Shown: positions 1 to 10,646 of the stretch, piece by piece
Layout: every line of letters begins with the position of its first letter
Position numbering within the stretch: the first letter of the stretch is position 1
Assembly: GCA_030167865.1 (NCBI GenBank)
Contig: JALAGF010005890.1
Coordinates: forward strand, 1-61,086
Direction of reading: 5' to 3'
Source: Craspedostauros australis
Taxonomy: Eukaryota
Length of the DNA stretch: 61,086 bases
Made by a program: the position numbers and the translations under genes
The notes under the pieces: generated by a model
Told to the model about the DNA's origin: nothing
Seen by the model: only the letters and a program-made list of their open reading frames with translations
Databases searched by the model: none

Positions 1-237
1 TCAGGACATTTAATTTTGGCGTTTGACTGGCTGGAACACGTATCCACGACACAAATTATGAGTGTCACAACAATTCATCGTGTTGTGGCTGGTGTCATTT
101 GCTCCGTTCTTCCGTGTGTGCCTGTTCCGGGCATTGGTGGACCTCCACTTGCAACATGGTACTTGCTTGTTCTGGTTTTGTCTCCTGCTGCGTCAACACA
201 ATCATGTTATTGTTTCTACTGTCCAACAAGCTTGGTT
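1..237 (+). repeat. Left terminal inverted repeat (partial)
   Basis: Reverse-complement match to 5962-6255. The transposase stop (260) lies just inside it. Confidence 0.85.
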
Positions 238-259
238 ACGTCTATTTTACAGTCTTTTC

Positions 260-3200
260 TCAGCGGATGCGTTTGCGTTTGCTTTTGACTTGTCTTCCAC
301 TGTGACTATGTTCCACCACGTTTGCAAGTCTTTCGTTCATTCGAGCTTCCGCCGCATCTCTTCGCGACGCTGCCAATGCCGATTCCCAATGTATCTCTCT
401 TTCTTTCGGGGTGGCTGTTTTGTTCAGACCTTTTCTTTTCTTGTTGATTGTTGTGGTTGCTGTATCCGTTCCTTGGTCTTCGTCACTGTTGCCATCATGT
501 TTGTCTGACTCTATGCTCGCAAACAATTCGGTGGACTCCGTTCTTGTGACATTGGGAGGATGTTCATCATAGTTGCCGTGGTCTTCCCTGTCGGTGCACT
601 CTGCATTTTGTTGGGAGACGATGATTGCGGAATCGCTGTCACTGCCAGTTTCGCTGCTGTTTTGATTGGCTCCATCATCAGTCTTGGGATCCTCCATTTC
701 ATCGGTGCTGCTATTTGACGCAACATGTTTGTCTGTGGACTTTGATTTGCTCCCACACTTGATCCGAGGCTTCGTTTTGCCCTTGCTGCTGCTCCTTCCT
801 AGGTGTCTATCGCTATTGCGATTCTTGTTCTTGTCCTTGCCTTTGCCTTGCGTCTTCTGTGCCATCATTCTTTTCTTCTCCTCTGCATGCACCAGAGCTT
901 TGGTTAGCCATGTTTTGTCAGGTAGATGTGCAATCCGATGGCAACAGTTGTGAATCTCCACAGCTTGCTTTCGCTTTGGCACCTTCTTCAACGCTACCAT
1001 AGAGGGGATGCCAAATTTCCTGATGATCTCCTCGGTCTTTGGTGTGAGATTTGCGCATACAGAAATTCCACAGCCAGCACACAACCACTGGGTGCGAGAG
1101 AGGCACACCAAACAAGTGCCTTTGAACTTCTGACAGTATCTGGGGGTATGCTGCCCCTTCTTCATCCTTTGCGTCAGCTCCAGCACTTGCTTGTCTACCG
1201 CTGTGCGCGAGCTGTTCAGAATTGACTGTAGCTTGGATGGACGTTGTGGGGATCCCTCGGGTTGTATGTTGCCATCATCCACTCCAGTGACACCTTCTGG
1301 CACCAAGGCCACTGGGTGACGCTCGGTATGCTGGCCATTGTCGTTTCTTGGTGATTTAGTCTCTTCATTCAGCAGATCTACCACCTTCTTTGCAAAGCGG
1401 CCAATGATGGTTGTCATGGATGTGTTGAAACTCCATGCATGATTCGCTCGATTGCGGTAGTGCTCGATGGACTCATTAGGTTGGAAGAGGCTGCCATCTT
1501 CGTCCTCCCGCTTTGTTGTGTGTTGGAACATTCGGTGAAGGCCAACAAAGACGGTCTGGAGAAGTCGACCGCTCGCCACAGCATTGAGATTTCCCTGTGG
1601 GGGTGGGGCCTCATGTTGGCGAATGAGCCGTGTTGTGATGTCAGATCCGCCCTTGAGTCCATTCCACCATGCACAGCCATAGGGTAGAAATGTCTTCACT
1701 GGCGGTACGGGAAACTCAATCTGTTGTTGGCAGCTTTGCCACAACTTGAGATGATGAAAGAGATCATCACTTCGTAGGTGCCATAGAGTTTTGCTGGCTC
1801 CTCGGAACTTGTTCGTCTGTGGATCGGTATCGAGAAAGTTCGACATGAGATGGCGTGACGATCGTTGTATCTCGTTATCGCAGTCTTCTGGATACGCAAA
1901 CCCCAGCACCAGCCGGAAAATGTCATCCATAACATTCCCATAGTGTTGAAGCAATGTGTCTGGAAATCTGATGGCGATACTGCGGATGATTTCACCATGC
2001 CTGTCTCCTGTCATGTTGGATTGAGAGAACAGGGATCAATGCAAGGAAAGTGTGAGTATTCAGAGCGAATCGTGTTGCAAAATGAGAGAGCGAAATCGCA
2101 GGTCTGTGTGTGATACGTACCAATCACAAGGTGTGCCCCATTCACACCGAACACATACGCGTGGTGCAGCAACTGAATCATCTCAGCATCCGACGCAACG
2201 ACTGCACGAAATCGATCATCTGGTTCTTCGAAGTAAATGTGAGTGGACGAAGGCAAGCGATGAGTTGCATTTGCATGCTTCTGATGATTCTCCTCTGTTC
2301 TCTTCTTCCCTGCAGTAGCCCGTGTTTTCATTTCCACAACAAACACTTCATCGCTTGTGTCATTTGCTGTGCTTCCAACAATAGAAAGAAAGTCAATGGA
2401 AGAGCGCGCGTACAGCTTGTCATCCTTTGCAACCAAACCTGCACGGAATGCGGCCTTGATGCTTGTGTGTTGTCCGCTGATGTCATTGAGATCCAGCGCC
2501 TTCCTCATGAGAGGCTCTTCATTGGTGTGACCAAGTTTGGTGTAGGCATTTGCGTCACCTTTGCAAGGCTTCATGAACCAGGTGATGAGCGCCGATTTCG
2601 CCATGGATTCCAACATCTTCACAAGTTTTGGCGAAGCAGTGCTGGTACCTACCAGAGAGGATTGATCATCGCCCGATGACTCTGGCAACGCAACAATGTT
2701 GTGATCGGTGGTTGTTGCTTCAGTGGCTCTCCCATCCCGATCAGGGATCGTCTGGCGCACGGATGCTGTGGCAGTATCGATCTCTGCCCGTGCCAGGTCT
2801 TGGCTACACGCTCCACTCCTTCGCGCAACAGATCTCGACACGGTTTGTTGGGGATCTCTTTTGTTGTTGGAAGTTGAGCCGTCGGAAGAAGATCGGGTGG
2901 ACTTGTCGGAAGCGTCCATGGAAGAGTCCACACTTAGTGATCCCCTAGATCCAGATGCAGCATGGTCCAGTGCATCAGATGTATCTGATGCACTGACGTC
3001 TGTTTCGGCAAGGTGGAGCTGGTTTGAAGAGTGTTGTTTTGGGAGAACACACTTCGACCGAGTTGATGACGTCTTTGCTGCAGCGCCTGCAGGTGGCACT
3101 TCTCTTGCCTTTGTGCATGCTCGTGTACGTTGCGAACAGGTGGTTGGCGAAGAAGCTTTGGATGCGGACGGGACCTCCGCTGCAGCACGAATACTCGAAC

Positions 3201-5885
3201 GAGTGGATCTTGTTCCAGACTCACGTGTGGATGCTTTCTTGGCGGAAGATGCAGGTGGGTCCAATGTAGCCTTTGGATCCTCGACTTGCTTTCTCCTGGT
3301 GGCCCTTCTGCATTTCCCTGTGCCGCGCTTTCCTTTTCTTGAGTGAGAGGATGTTGCAGTGCGATCAGAAGTGGATGGATTGCGAGGCTTGCCTTCTGCG
3401 GTGGGCTGCTTCTTCTTTGAGGGTGAAGAAGTTGGTGAAGGGATCTTGTTTGGACGATCTGCAGAGACGAGGGTGGAGATCATGGCAGATTTCTGCTTAA
3501 CATCAAAATCCTCAGATAGTCGATCTTTGCAAAGCCTTTGCAGTGTCGAAGGCGTCATCCCATTGTATCTACGATGAAGTCTGTTGCTCGTTTTGACGAG
3601 GGATTTCAGCTTGTTCTTCATTGTTGGAATGGTTCTTTTGTTGTTATCTGCACAGTAGAGTTGTGACAGAGCAGCAAGGAAGAGATGCATCGATTGATCC
3701 GAATCATCTGTCCATCCCTCTACCTTGCGCAACAACTCAGATTCAAATGACAGCTCTGCACACATAGACGAGTCTTTGGCCATGCTGTTGGTTAGCCGAT
3801 GGTAGCACACTTTGGCTTCCACCAGGGCCTGTTCCGATGCAAGTTCATCTGACAGTTGCTGCTCCATAGATTCAGGATTGATCCCAAGGTATCGAGCAAC
3901 AGCCATCCATGACTGCTTGCGGAAATGCTGACTGTTCTCAGGTTTGCACCACTCTGTGCAATCAAGGACAGTCTTGAGTAACTTGTAGGTCGTCGAACTT
4001 GTCAGTGCAAACTTGCGAAGGAAGAACCAAAGTGTATCTCCTTGACAACAGGTCAACCCTTTCACTCGGAGAGCGTGAATGCAGCCCTTCCAGTTGTTCA
4101 CAACCTCTTGCTCCTTTTTCTTTGCTTCAGAAGCAGCCTCTCTGGCCTCCGCCGACTCTTCATCGCTAGATTGTCCTCCTTGAGTCTCGCCAATGATGCT
4201 TTCATCCATCAGGTCAGCTACAGCGTAGGCTCCAGACACCACTGCTGATTTCCGTGGGCAGTGATATAGGAGATGGAAGAACTGTGGCAGTGTGTCACTC
4301 TGACGGTCGACACCAGCCTCACACTGAAGCATCTCGTTGTATCGCTTTTCGTCAGCAGGGTTGCGAAGTGTCAGATCCCAGGAGAAATGCTGTGGCTGTG
4401 AAGATACGGTTAACACCACTTTCCCGTTGTCACGGTAGGCCACACATTCAAACTCCTTTCCGTTCAGCATGCTGGAAACAGCCACCCAAATACGTTTGGG
4501 TCCCCTCTGTTGGACGAAGATTTGCTTCCCATTGATGGTTCCATGGGCTCCATAACCAAATGGAATAGATCCGGTTCGCTTGTGGGTTCCCTGTATCCCG
4601 GCACCAAGTTCAAGCAACTGCTTCATAAGCTTGAGATCGATGAACCCACGATCCATCATTAGGGTCATGTCATCCAGAAGCTTGTCATGGTTGAGAAACT
4701 GTTGGTTGACCAATTCCATCGTCGCTTCGAAGTTGTCATCATGTCGTTCACAGATGAAGCCGATTCCACATGGCATGGCTGATGCAGTGCGGACTCCGGC
4801 AATTGCAACCGGACTGTGACAAACAGTTGGACAGTGGATGAGAGGCATGGTGAAATGGTTAGACATGATCCATGAAGGTACAGACAAACAGGAGAACACT
4901 CCAGATGACCTGTGAAAACTTACCCTGGTCTGTTGCATTGGACATGGCGTTTGATAGTCAGTCCGCTGGTGTTTCCCTTGCTGTGTGAATGGACCTTGTC
5001 ATCATCCAAGGTGACCACACATTCCGTTTCCATGTCTCTCAGAGCTACCTTGTCGAAAAGTTGGTTGGAAGCCTGCTGCAGGTCGCTCCAGAAGTGCCTC
5101 CTTCGCTTATTACCAGATTGTGCCTCTTTGTTGATCCGCTTCCAAAAGTTGCGGTACTCCTTGTTGGTTGGGAAACCAGGGATGCCATCGACCGACTCAA
5201 TATCGAACAGTTCCTTGACAGTGCAAGCACGCTTGACCTGGTAAGCAAATGCCCACATGAATTGATAGTACTCTTTGGGCGTGAATTTGACTGGAGACAA
5301 AGCAAAGGCATTGCGGTAGATCTCAGATTTCTCATCAAAGAAAAGATCAATCAATCTTGCAACATCTGGTTGTGGCATCTCGCACAGATCCACGGCATTT
5401 GCACGAAGCTGTCCAACCTCTTCTTTCAAGAGATTGTAGGCTGCAGTGCGTGCACGGCCGACTGTGACCTTGAATTCTTCCTTTGTGGGGTCGAGGAGCC
5501 TCCATTCAAGATCCATGGATGCCAATCGCTCTGTTTCTGTCATGGATTCTTCCTCTGTGGCCACAGGTGATGGCTGATCCCATCCTTCTGTGTTTGGAGT
5601 ATTTGTATTGTTGGTTGTTGGCCGGAGAGGACAAGCCAAATCTGGTAAGAGCTCAGCTGGAGTTGTCCCAGCTCCAACATGGGCGTCAGCTTGATTGTAG
5701 ACATCCTTGTTGATGTTGTTGGCAGCAATGGAAGCCATGTTGGTGGGAGCATCCTCGTCATCATCACTGTCATGATCGCTGGGTGGATCCACAATCCAAT
5801 CATCTTCCACATCAGAGTCGTCACTGTCGTTGACTGTGTTCACAGCGGTGGTCTTGACAATCAGTGGTCGAGAACAGGACACCAT
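260..5885 (-). CDS. piggyBac-type DDD transposase with internal YqaJ/lambda-exonuclease-like domain and C-terminal cysteine-rich domain; exons 5885-4924, 4813-2121, 2007-260 (~1,800 aa)
   Basis: Introns 4923-4814 (GTAAGT..CTAAC..CAG) and 2120-2008 (GTACGT..CAG) join three ORFs in frame. Transposase motifs: TLDDDK, MMDRGF..GTHKR, WWNGLKGGSD and C-terminal CLVC..T.WLCAGC..C..CCH..H. YqaJ motifs: QGDTLWFFLRKFALTSS, LGHTNEE, GLV..SSIDF, EMKT, QLLHHAYV. Start codon uncertain. Confidence 0.85.
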
Positions 5886-5961
5886 CTTGAAGGGTGTGTG
5901 AAGTGGTGAAATGAAAAGGGGACGAAGGAGGTTGTGTTTGCTGTTGTGACAACGAGAAATC

Positions 5962-6255
5962 AACCAAGCTTTTTGAACAGTGGACGCACAGCAGCATGGC
6001 CCTGCGGACGAAAGAGGAAACCGAGCCAGAACAAGCAAGTTCCATGAGACAAGTAGCGATCCGCCTACACCCACAACTGACGCACGTGGAGACAGATGTT
6101 GCAGCAATGGACAGATTGACATTATGGATGTGCAGATGGCAAGAAAGAACAGAGCAGATGGCACCAGCCACAACACGATGAATTGTTGTGGCACTCAAAA
6201 TTTGTGTCGTGGATACGTGTTCCAGCCAGTCAAATGCAAAAATTAAATGTCCTCA
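5962..6255 (-). repeat. Right terminal inverted repeat (the part with a mate in the window)
   Basis: Reverse-complement match to 1-237. The inner part is degenerate and carries an indel. Confidence 0.85.
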
Positions 6256-6357
6256 GGAGGACAGATAAGTTTTCTGTCTTCCTGAGGACAGTTACGATGC
6301 ATGTCAAAAATAAATGTCCTCAGGAGGACAGATAGTGCTATCTGTCCTCCTGAGGAC
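6238..6357. repeat. Two tandem ~67-bp subterminal units, each a hairpin
   Basis: 6316-6335/6338-6357 is a perfect 20-bp inverted repeat (GTCCTCAGGAGGACAGATAG-TG-CTATCTGTCCTCCTGAGGAC). 6248-6265/6273-6290 is an 18-bp inverted repeat with one mismatch. Confidence 0.9.
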
Positions 6358-6375
6358 CGAAACTTTCCTTACGGA

Positions 6376-6507
6376 TATGCTTTGTATGAATGGTTGATGG
6401 AAAGGGTGATGAAGTATGATTGGGAGCAGAGGGTGTCAATCCAAGCCTCCTTCTTCAAATCGTTTCTGAGAAGTGGCGAGAAGAACACCGAGTCCTCCGC
6501 AGAATAG
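6376..6507 (+). pseudogene. Possible 3' fragment of a host gene interrupted by the transposon (resembles a kinase C-terminus)
   Basis: The open frame YALYEWLMERVMKYDWEQRVSIQASFFKSFLRSGEKNTESSAE* starts at the inferred element end and loosely resembles kinase subdomain XI (L..ML.YDP..R.S). Confidence 0.3.
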
Positions 6508-9400
6508 AATAATGTCCAGAAACAAGGAATGTACCATTCGACTATCGCATTCTGCTTCTAAACGTTCTCCCGATATACTCTGGTGGTGTTCTCTACTCAC
6601 GTCGTAGTCGCTTTCTTCTCGTATCATATCCATACTATAATCGCACCATACTATATTCGCACCATACTATATTCGTACTATACTCGCAGCTCCATACTCG
6701 TGAACTCGTCGTGTGACATGGTCGTCATCCGATCTCGCTACAACACTCCATTCTCCATGTGTGCACTGCTGGAACAGGGAACAGGGAACAGGAAACAGGC
6801 ACGAATCACGAGCGTCTTCATGGCATACCACATCGCCTCCGCCATCGCAAAGACAGTCGGTTGTATCCACATTCACATCCATATCTAGATCACTTCTGCG
6901 CATAACAGATATTGCGGTGGCGCCGCCCATAGCATTCAAGAGAGGTACGCTCTTCTCGCCTTGCTTCCGACACTACACTGATACTCTCTGCGCGTGCAAG
7001 CAGCGACTCATCGTAAACATTGTCGAATCAACTTCATGATGGATGATCGGTGCAGACGTCGACGACAGCATGATGCTGTCTGGCATCCGCTCGCGACCTT
7101 CGCAATACGCAAAGCTTGGATCCGTGCCTCCAAACAAACGAGAAGAAGATCCTGGACTCGGCCACCTTCGCGTGCTGCTTCCTCAGTGGAGGATTCCATG
7201 ATGGTGGCAGCCGATGTGTCGCCTGATGTGCGGCTGAGATATTCGTGGAGGCATGTTGACTACCTTTTCAGCATCGTTGTTGTTGTGATCCTCGTTGTTT
7301 GTTGTGGTGCGTGTGTTTATGTTGATTTGCGCAGCCTGTTCCTCCCTCCGCCGTGCGCGTTTGTGTTCTTGTGCCTTGTCCGATGGCTGCGCTTTGCATG
7401 TCCACCATTTGGTGATGAATGTCGTTTGTTGCCGATAGACAGACTTGACGCCATCGATACGACATGACTCATTCATGAATGCGATCACAAAGTGAGTAGC
7501 AGAACAAGCACACCACAACGACAGAGGTAACGACGACAATGTCGGATCATGTATGCATGCGAACCAAGTTGTTTCTGATATGTGATAAGTGTTCATGGTT
7601 GCTGTTGCGTTGTTCACAAGCGGCCGCTGTGACATGCGTGATGCAAGAATGACAGTTGTACTTCCTTCACGTGACCACAAATACAGAGATTTCTCCGAAG
7701 TGGTGAACACAACACACACACAACACACACCGCAACCATTGCCCATCTTCTCTGCCGATCAACCACGACGCAGACAATCAGGCATGGAACGCAGGGACGA
7801 TGACAGAATTCGCTATCGCACACAAATTGCTTGCAGCTATTGTATTCTTATAGTACTGCACTATTGTACGGTGATAATCGCCTCTGCTCCACTGTACTCC
7901 ACTCTACTATTTTGGCTCCATTCTCAAGCTGGCAGCTCGCGACGATCGTCAGCCTATCCCTCTCACTGATTGTATTCCGTGTGGAAGGCAAGGATGGCAA
8001 CACTCGAGCAAAACTGTCACATTCAACGCGCCCACCCCACAGATCAACAGATGCAAGAAAGGTCCAGGGGACCACCCGATGTGATCGCGGCGGCCAAAAA
8101 GTTGTTGCGGCTAGCAGTTGTCCGCCCCTGACTTTACCTCCCGTGCAAAAGTAGGCACGAAAAAAAAAACTGCAACTGATTTGCGCCAGCACTGGTCGTT
8201 CGAGTCTCGGCGGAATGGTTCGGCAGTGGAGCCCACTCTCGTGTTGTTTGTCTCTGCTCAATCCCTCAAAATGACAAATTCAACGTCTGTCTCACCACCA
8301 GGATCGGAATCTCGAAAACGTGCTCTGACGCCAGATCATGCAAACGGAACCAAGGAATTGGAAAAANTGTGGTCATTTGGTTCCTTNTTCCCTGCCAAAA
8401 TCGTGTTGCGATTTGCACAATGATGGCTGCCACAACAGGAAAGGTCAAAATCAACCGACAACGACACGAAACACAACACGAGAAACAACAATGGAAACGG
8501 CGCTGCCGCCACCAGTCTCTTTCCGCGTCGTGCCATCAGCTCAGCAAGGGGAGACATGCAGATTGCGCAGGACTTTGTGTTACAAACTAAGCTTAACATT
8601 AAATAGTAGTATACAATATTTTGTATACCACAGGAAAAGCCACTGTGCTCCATTACATTATATATTACTGTGTTGTGTGGTATTCGCAAGTGTTGCTGTT
8701 GCAGCTGATGCGCAGGGATGCCGCCGACGCTGTGCTGTTTGGCACGACACGCCCAAAGGAGGAAACCCCAAACCGAGCCAAATCACCAACAACGCGAGGA
8801 ATCAACGTGTCACCAAATCTGCCGCAACGTCACCATCCACACCGTTGGGTGTCATCGCCGTCTGATATCGACCGTCAATAACGTCATCATTTTCGTCCGC
8901 GGCGAAGACAAGTCGGCCAGGTATTTATGTCGTAGAAGCTAGCTAAATATATCTAAGCCTATTCTACAAGACGCGGCATCGCTTGCTAAGAAAGTAATGT
9001 TGTCCGATAAAAAATCGGCAGGAACGTACGATCGTACCCTGAATGGGGTCCTATGTTCTGCTGTGTTTTGGAGTATTACTACGTACATTCTATGTGATGT
9101 CATGATCGTCATCTGTGCTGTGGCCGAGCAGTAGTGAAGTGTTGCTGTTGGAAGGTCTTCAAGGCGCAAAATAGCCCTTTTGGATATGTCTGCATGCGTC
9201 CATGCATGCTTAGGATAAGGATGGATGCTCTCAAGCTCATATTCCATGCTGTGCGATACGATGTTCGCGAGCATGTGGCAGAGAGTGGCAACACGAGATG
9301 ACTCCGTCACTCTGCCATTCGGAAGCGACAGCAGCATGATCCAACTCGTACACTACCACGCCACGCTCCCCTGTCTTGAGGAAACGCAGAGAGTCGCCGA

Positions 9401-9979
9401 TCAACCGGAACGCAGACCTCCGAGGAATCCAGCTGCGAATCCACCGCCGCCTGGAAGACCGAACTCCAAGACTTCCAGCGCTTGCTCGTAGCCGAGCTTG
9501 GCATCTTCCGCGTCGATCTGGCCGTCCTTGTTGAGATCCATGAGGGTGTCGAAGTCTTCCTTGATGCGGCCGTGATCGACCTGGATGTATCCCATGTAGC
9601 TGAGGGATTGCAAGCACACGAAACCCATTCCCAGCACCCCGGCCGCGACACGTCCGGCCTTCTTGAGGGCGTATCCCGAGCAGAATCCCGACACGAAGCC
9701 GTACGAGACCTGCGTGGGGATGCCGGAATCCACCGCAACCTGCAGCCGTTCTCCGGCCGTGGCGGCGAACTGATCACCGTAGGCCTGCAGGGTCTTGATC
9801 CAATCCTCGCCGTCGTCGCCGCTGCTGCTGGCTTCGCACATGGACGTGACGATGAAGTTGGCGGATGAAGGTGCGGTGGCCACGACCATGCTGAAGGCGG
9901 TCGTCATGGCGGATTGTCGCGTGAACACGACTCTGCACTTGGAGGCCAGCTTGGCGGATGAGGCGGCGAAGAACGACAT
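9401..9979 (-). CDS. FUN14 family (FUNDC-like) mitochondrial outer membrane protein
   Basis: QVSYGFVSGFCSGYALKKAGRVAAGVLGMGFVCLQSLSYMGYIQVDH and C-terminal GGGFAAGFLGGL; EF-hand-like loop DLNKDGQIDAED. Confidence 0.85.
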   Translation of the reverse strand: MSFFAASSAKLASKCRVVFTRQSAMTTAFSMVVATAPSSANFIVTSMCEASSSGDDGEDWIKTLQAYGDQFAATAGERLQVAVDSGIPTQVSYGFVSGFCSGYALKKAGRVAAGVLGMGFVCLQSLSYMGYIQVDHGRIKEDFDTLMDLNKDGQIDAEDAKLGYEQALEVLEFGLPGGGGFAAGFLGGLRSG

Positions 9980-10553
9980 GTTGGGCGTGGTGTGGTGTGC
10001 GGAAGGGTTGATTGGAGTTGCGGGTGTGGGAAGAGATGCAGCAGGCTGACCTCTCTTGTCTTCTTCCTTTCGTGCTTGTTTCGATTTGTGGCTGTTTGAT
10101 CTCTCTCTCTCTCTTCTCTTTGATCCCTCGGGTTTGGGGTCGTCGCGATGGTGGGCGTTGTTGCGTCGTTTCGCAAAGATCCAAAAGCGGTTTCGGGTTC
10201 GTCTCTTGTTCTGGCGAAAAAGAACGCAAATGTTCGCAAGTTTAGTCCAATCGGTCATACGATATTGACTCAAAGGACTCATATGGCTACGACTCAACCG
10301 ATCCAACACATCACAGCTGAACAACTTGATGATGACAAAAAGTCATCGTTGTCCCTTCTTCGGACATGGGCAGCAGGCGAATTTTGTGGTGATTGTGTGG
10401 GGTTTGCAAAATGGCAACGACTTGGCCTCTCCAAGGATCGTTGCCAGTGCGCTGGTGCAGACGGGAGAGGATCAAACCAACACTGAGGACAAGGATCGAC
10501 ACAAGATCGGTCGGAGCTTGATCGACGCTTGCAGTCTATGATACGATCCTGCA

Positions 10554-10579
10554 AGAGAGAAAGAGAGAGAGAGAGAGAG
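10554..10579 (+). repeat. (GA)n microsatellite in the divergent intergenic region between FUN14 and SAC3
   Basis: Directly visible. A (CT)n tract also lies at ~10100-10119. Confidence 0.9.
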
Positions 10580-10646
10580 GTATGGAAGAAGCTCAGCAGC
10601 AATCACATAATCGATACTATAGCTAGAGAGGAAGGAAGAGACGACC

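Larger units (their letters stand above)
1..6374 (-). mobile_element. piggyBac-like DNA transposon with long imperfect TIRs (left terminus lies just outside the window)
   Basis: Positions 1-110 are the reverse complement of 6146-6255 (8 mismatches by hand), and weaker similarity continues to ~237/~5962. The TIRs flank one spliced transposase gene. The right end is tentatively placed at ...CCTTACGG (6374), followed by ATAT. Confidence 0.85.

Noticed and set aside
16..508. Short ORFs 16-288 and 62-508 resembling the starts of ORFs 5821-6198 and 4920-6194
   Set aside because: The similarity comes only from translating the two TIR copies.
2008..4923. Apparent frameshifts suggesting the transposase is a pseudogene or uses programmed frameshifting
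   Set aside because: Both frame changes are fully explained by canonical GT-AG introns with correct phases.
6238..6357. Palindromic direct repeats suggestive of a CRISPR array
   Set aside because: Only two units with a ~15-nt linker, no cas genes, eukaryotic context, and located at a transposon end.
6510..9340. ~2.8-kb gene-free stretch with many 60-190-aa ORFs
   Set aside because: No consistent codon bias, motifs, splice structure or recognisable RNA gene; left unannotated.
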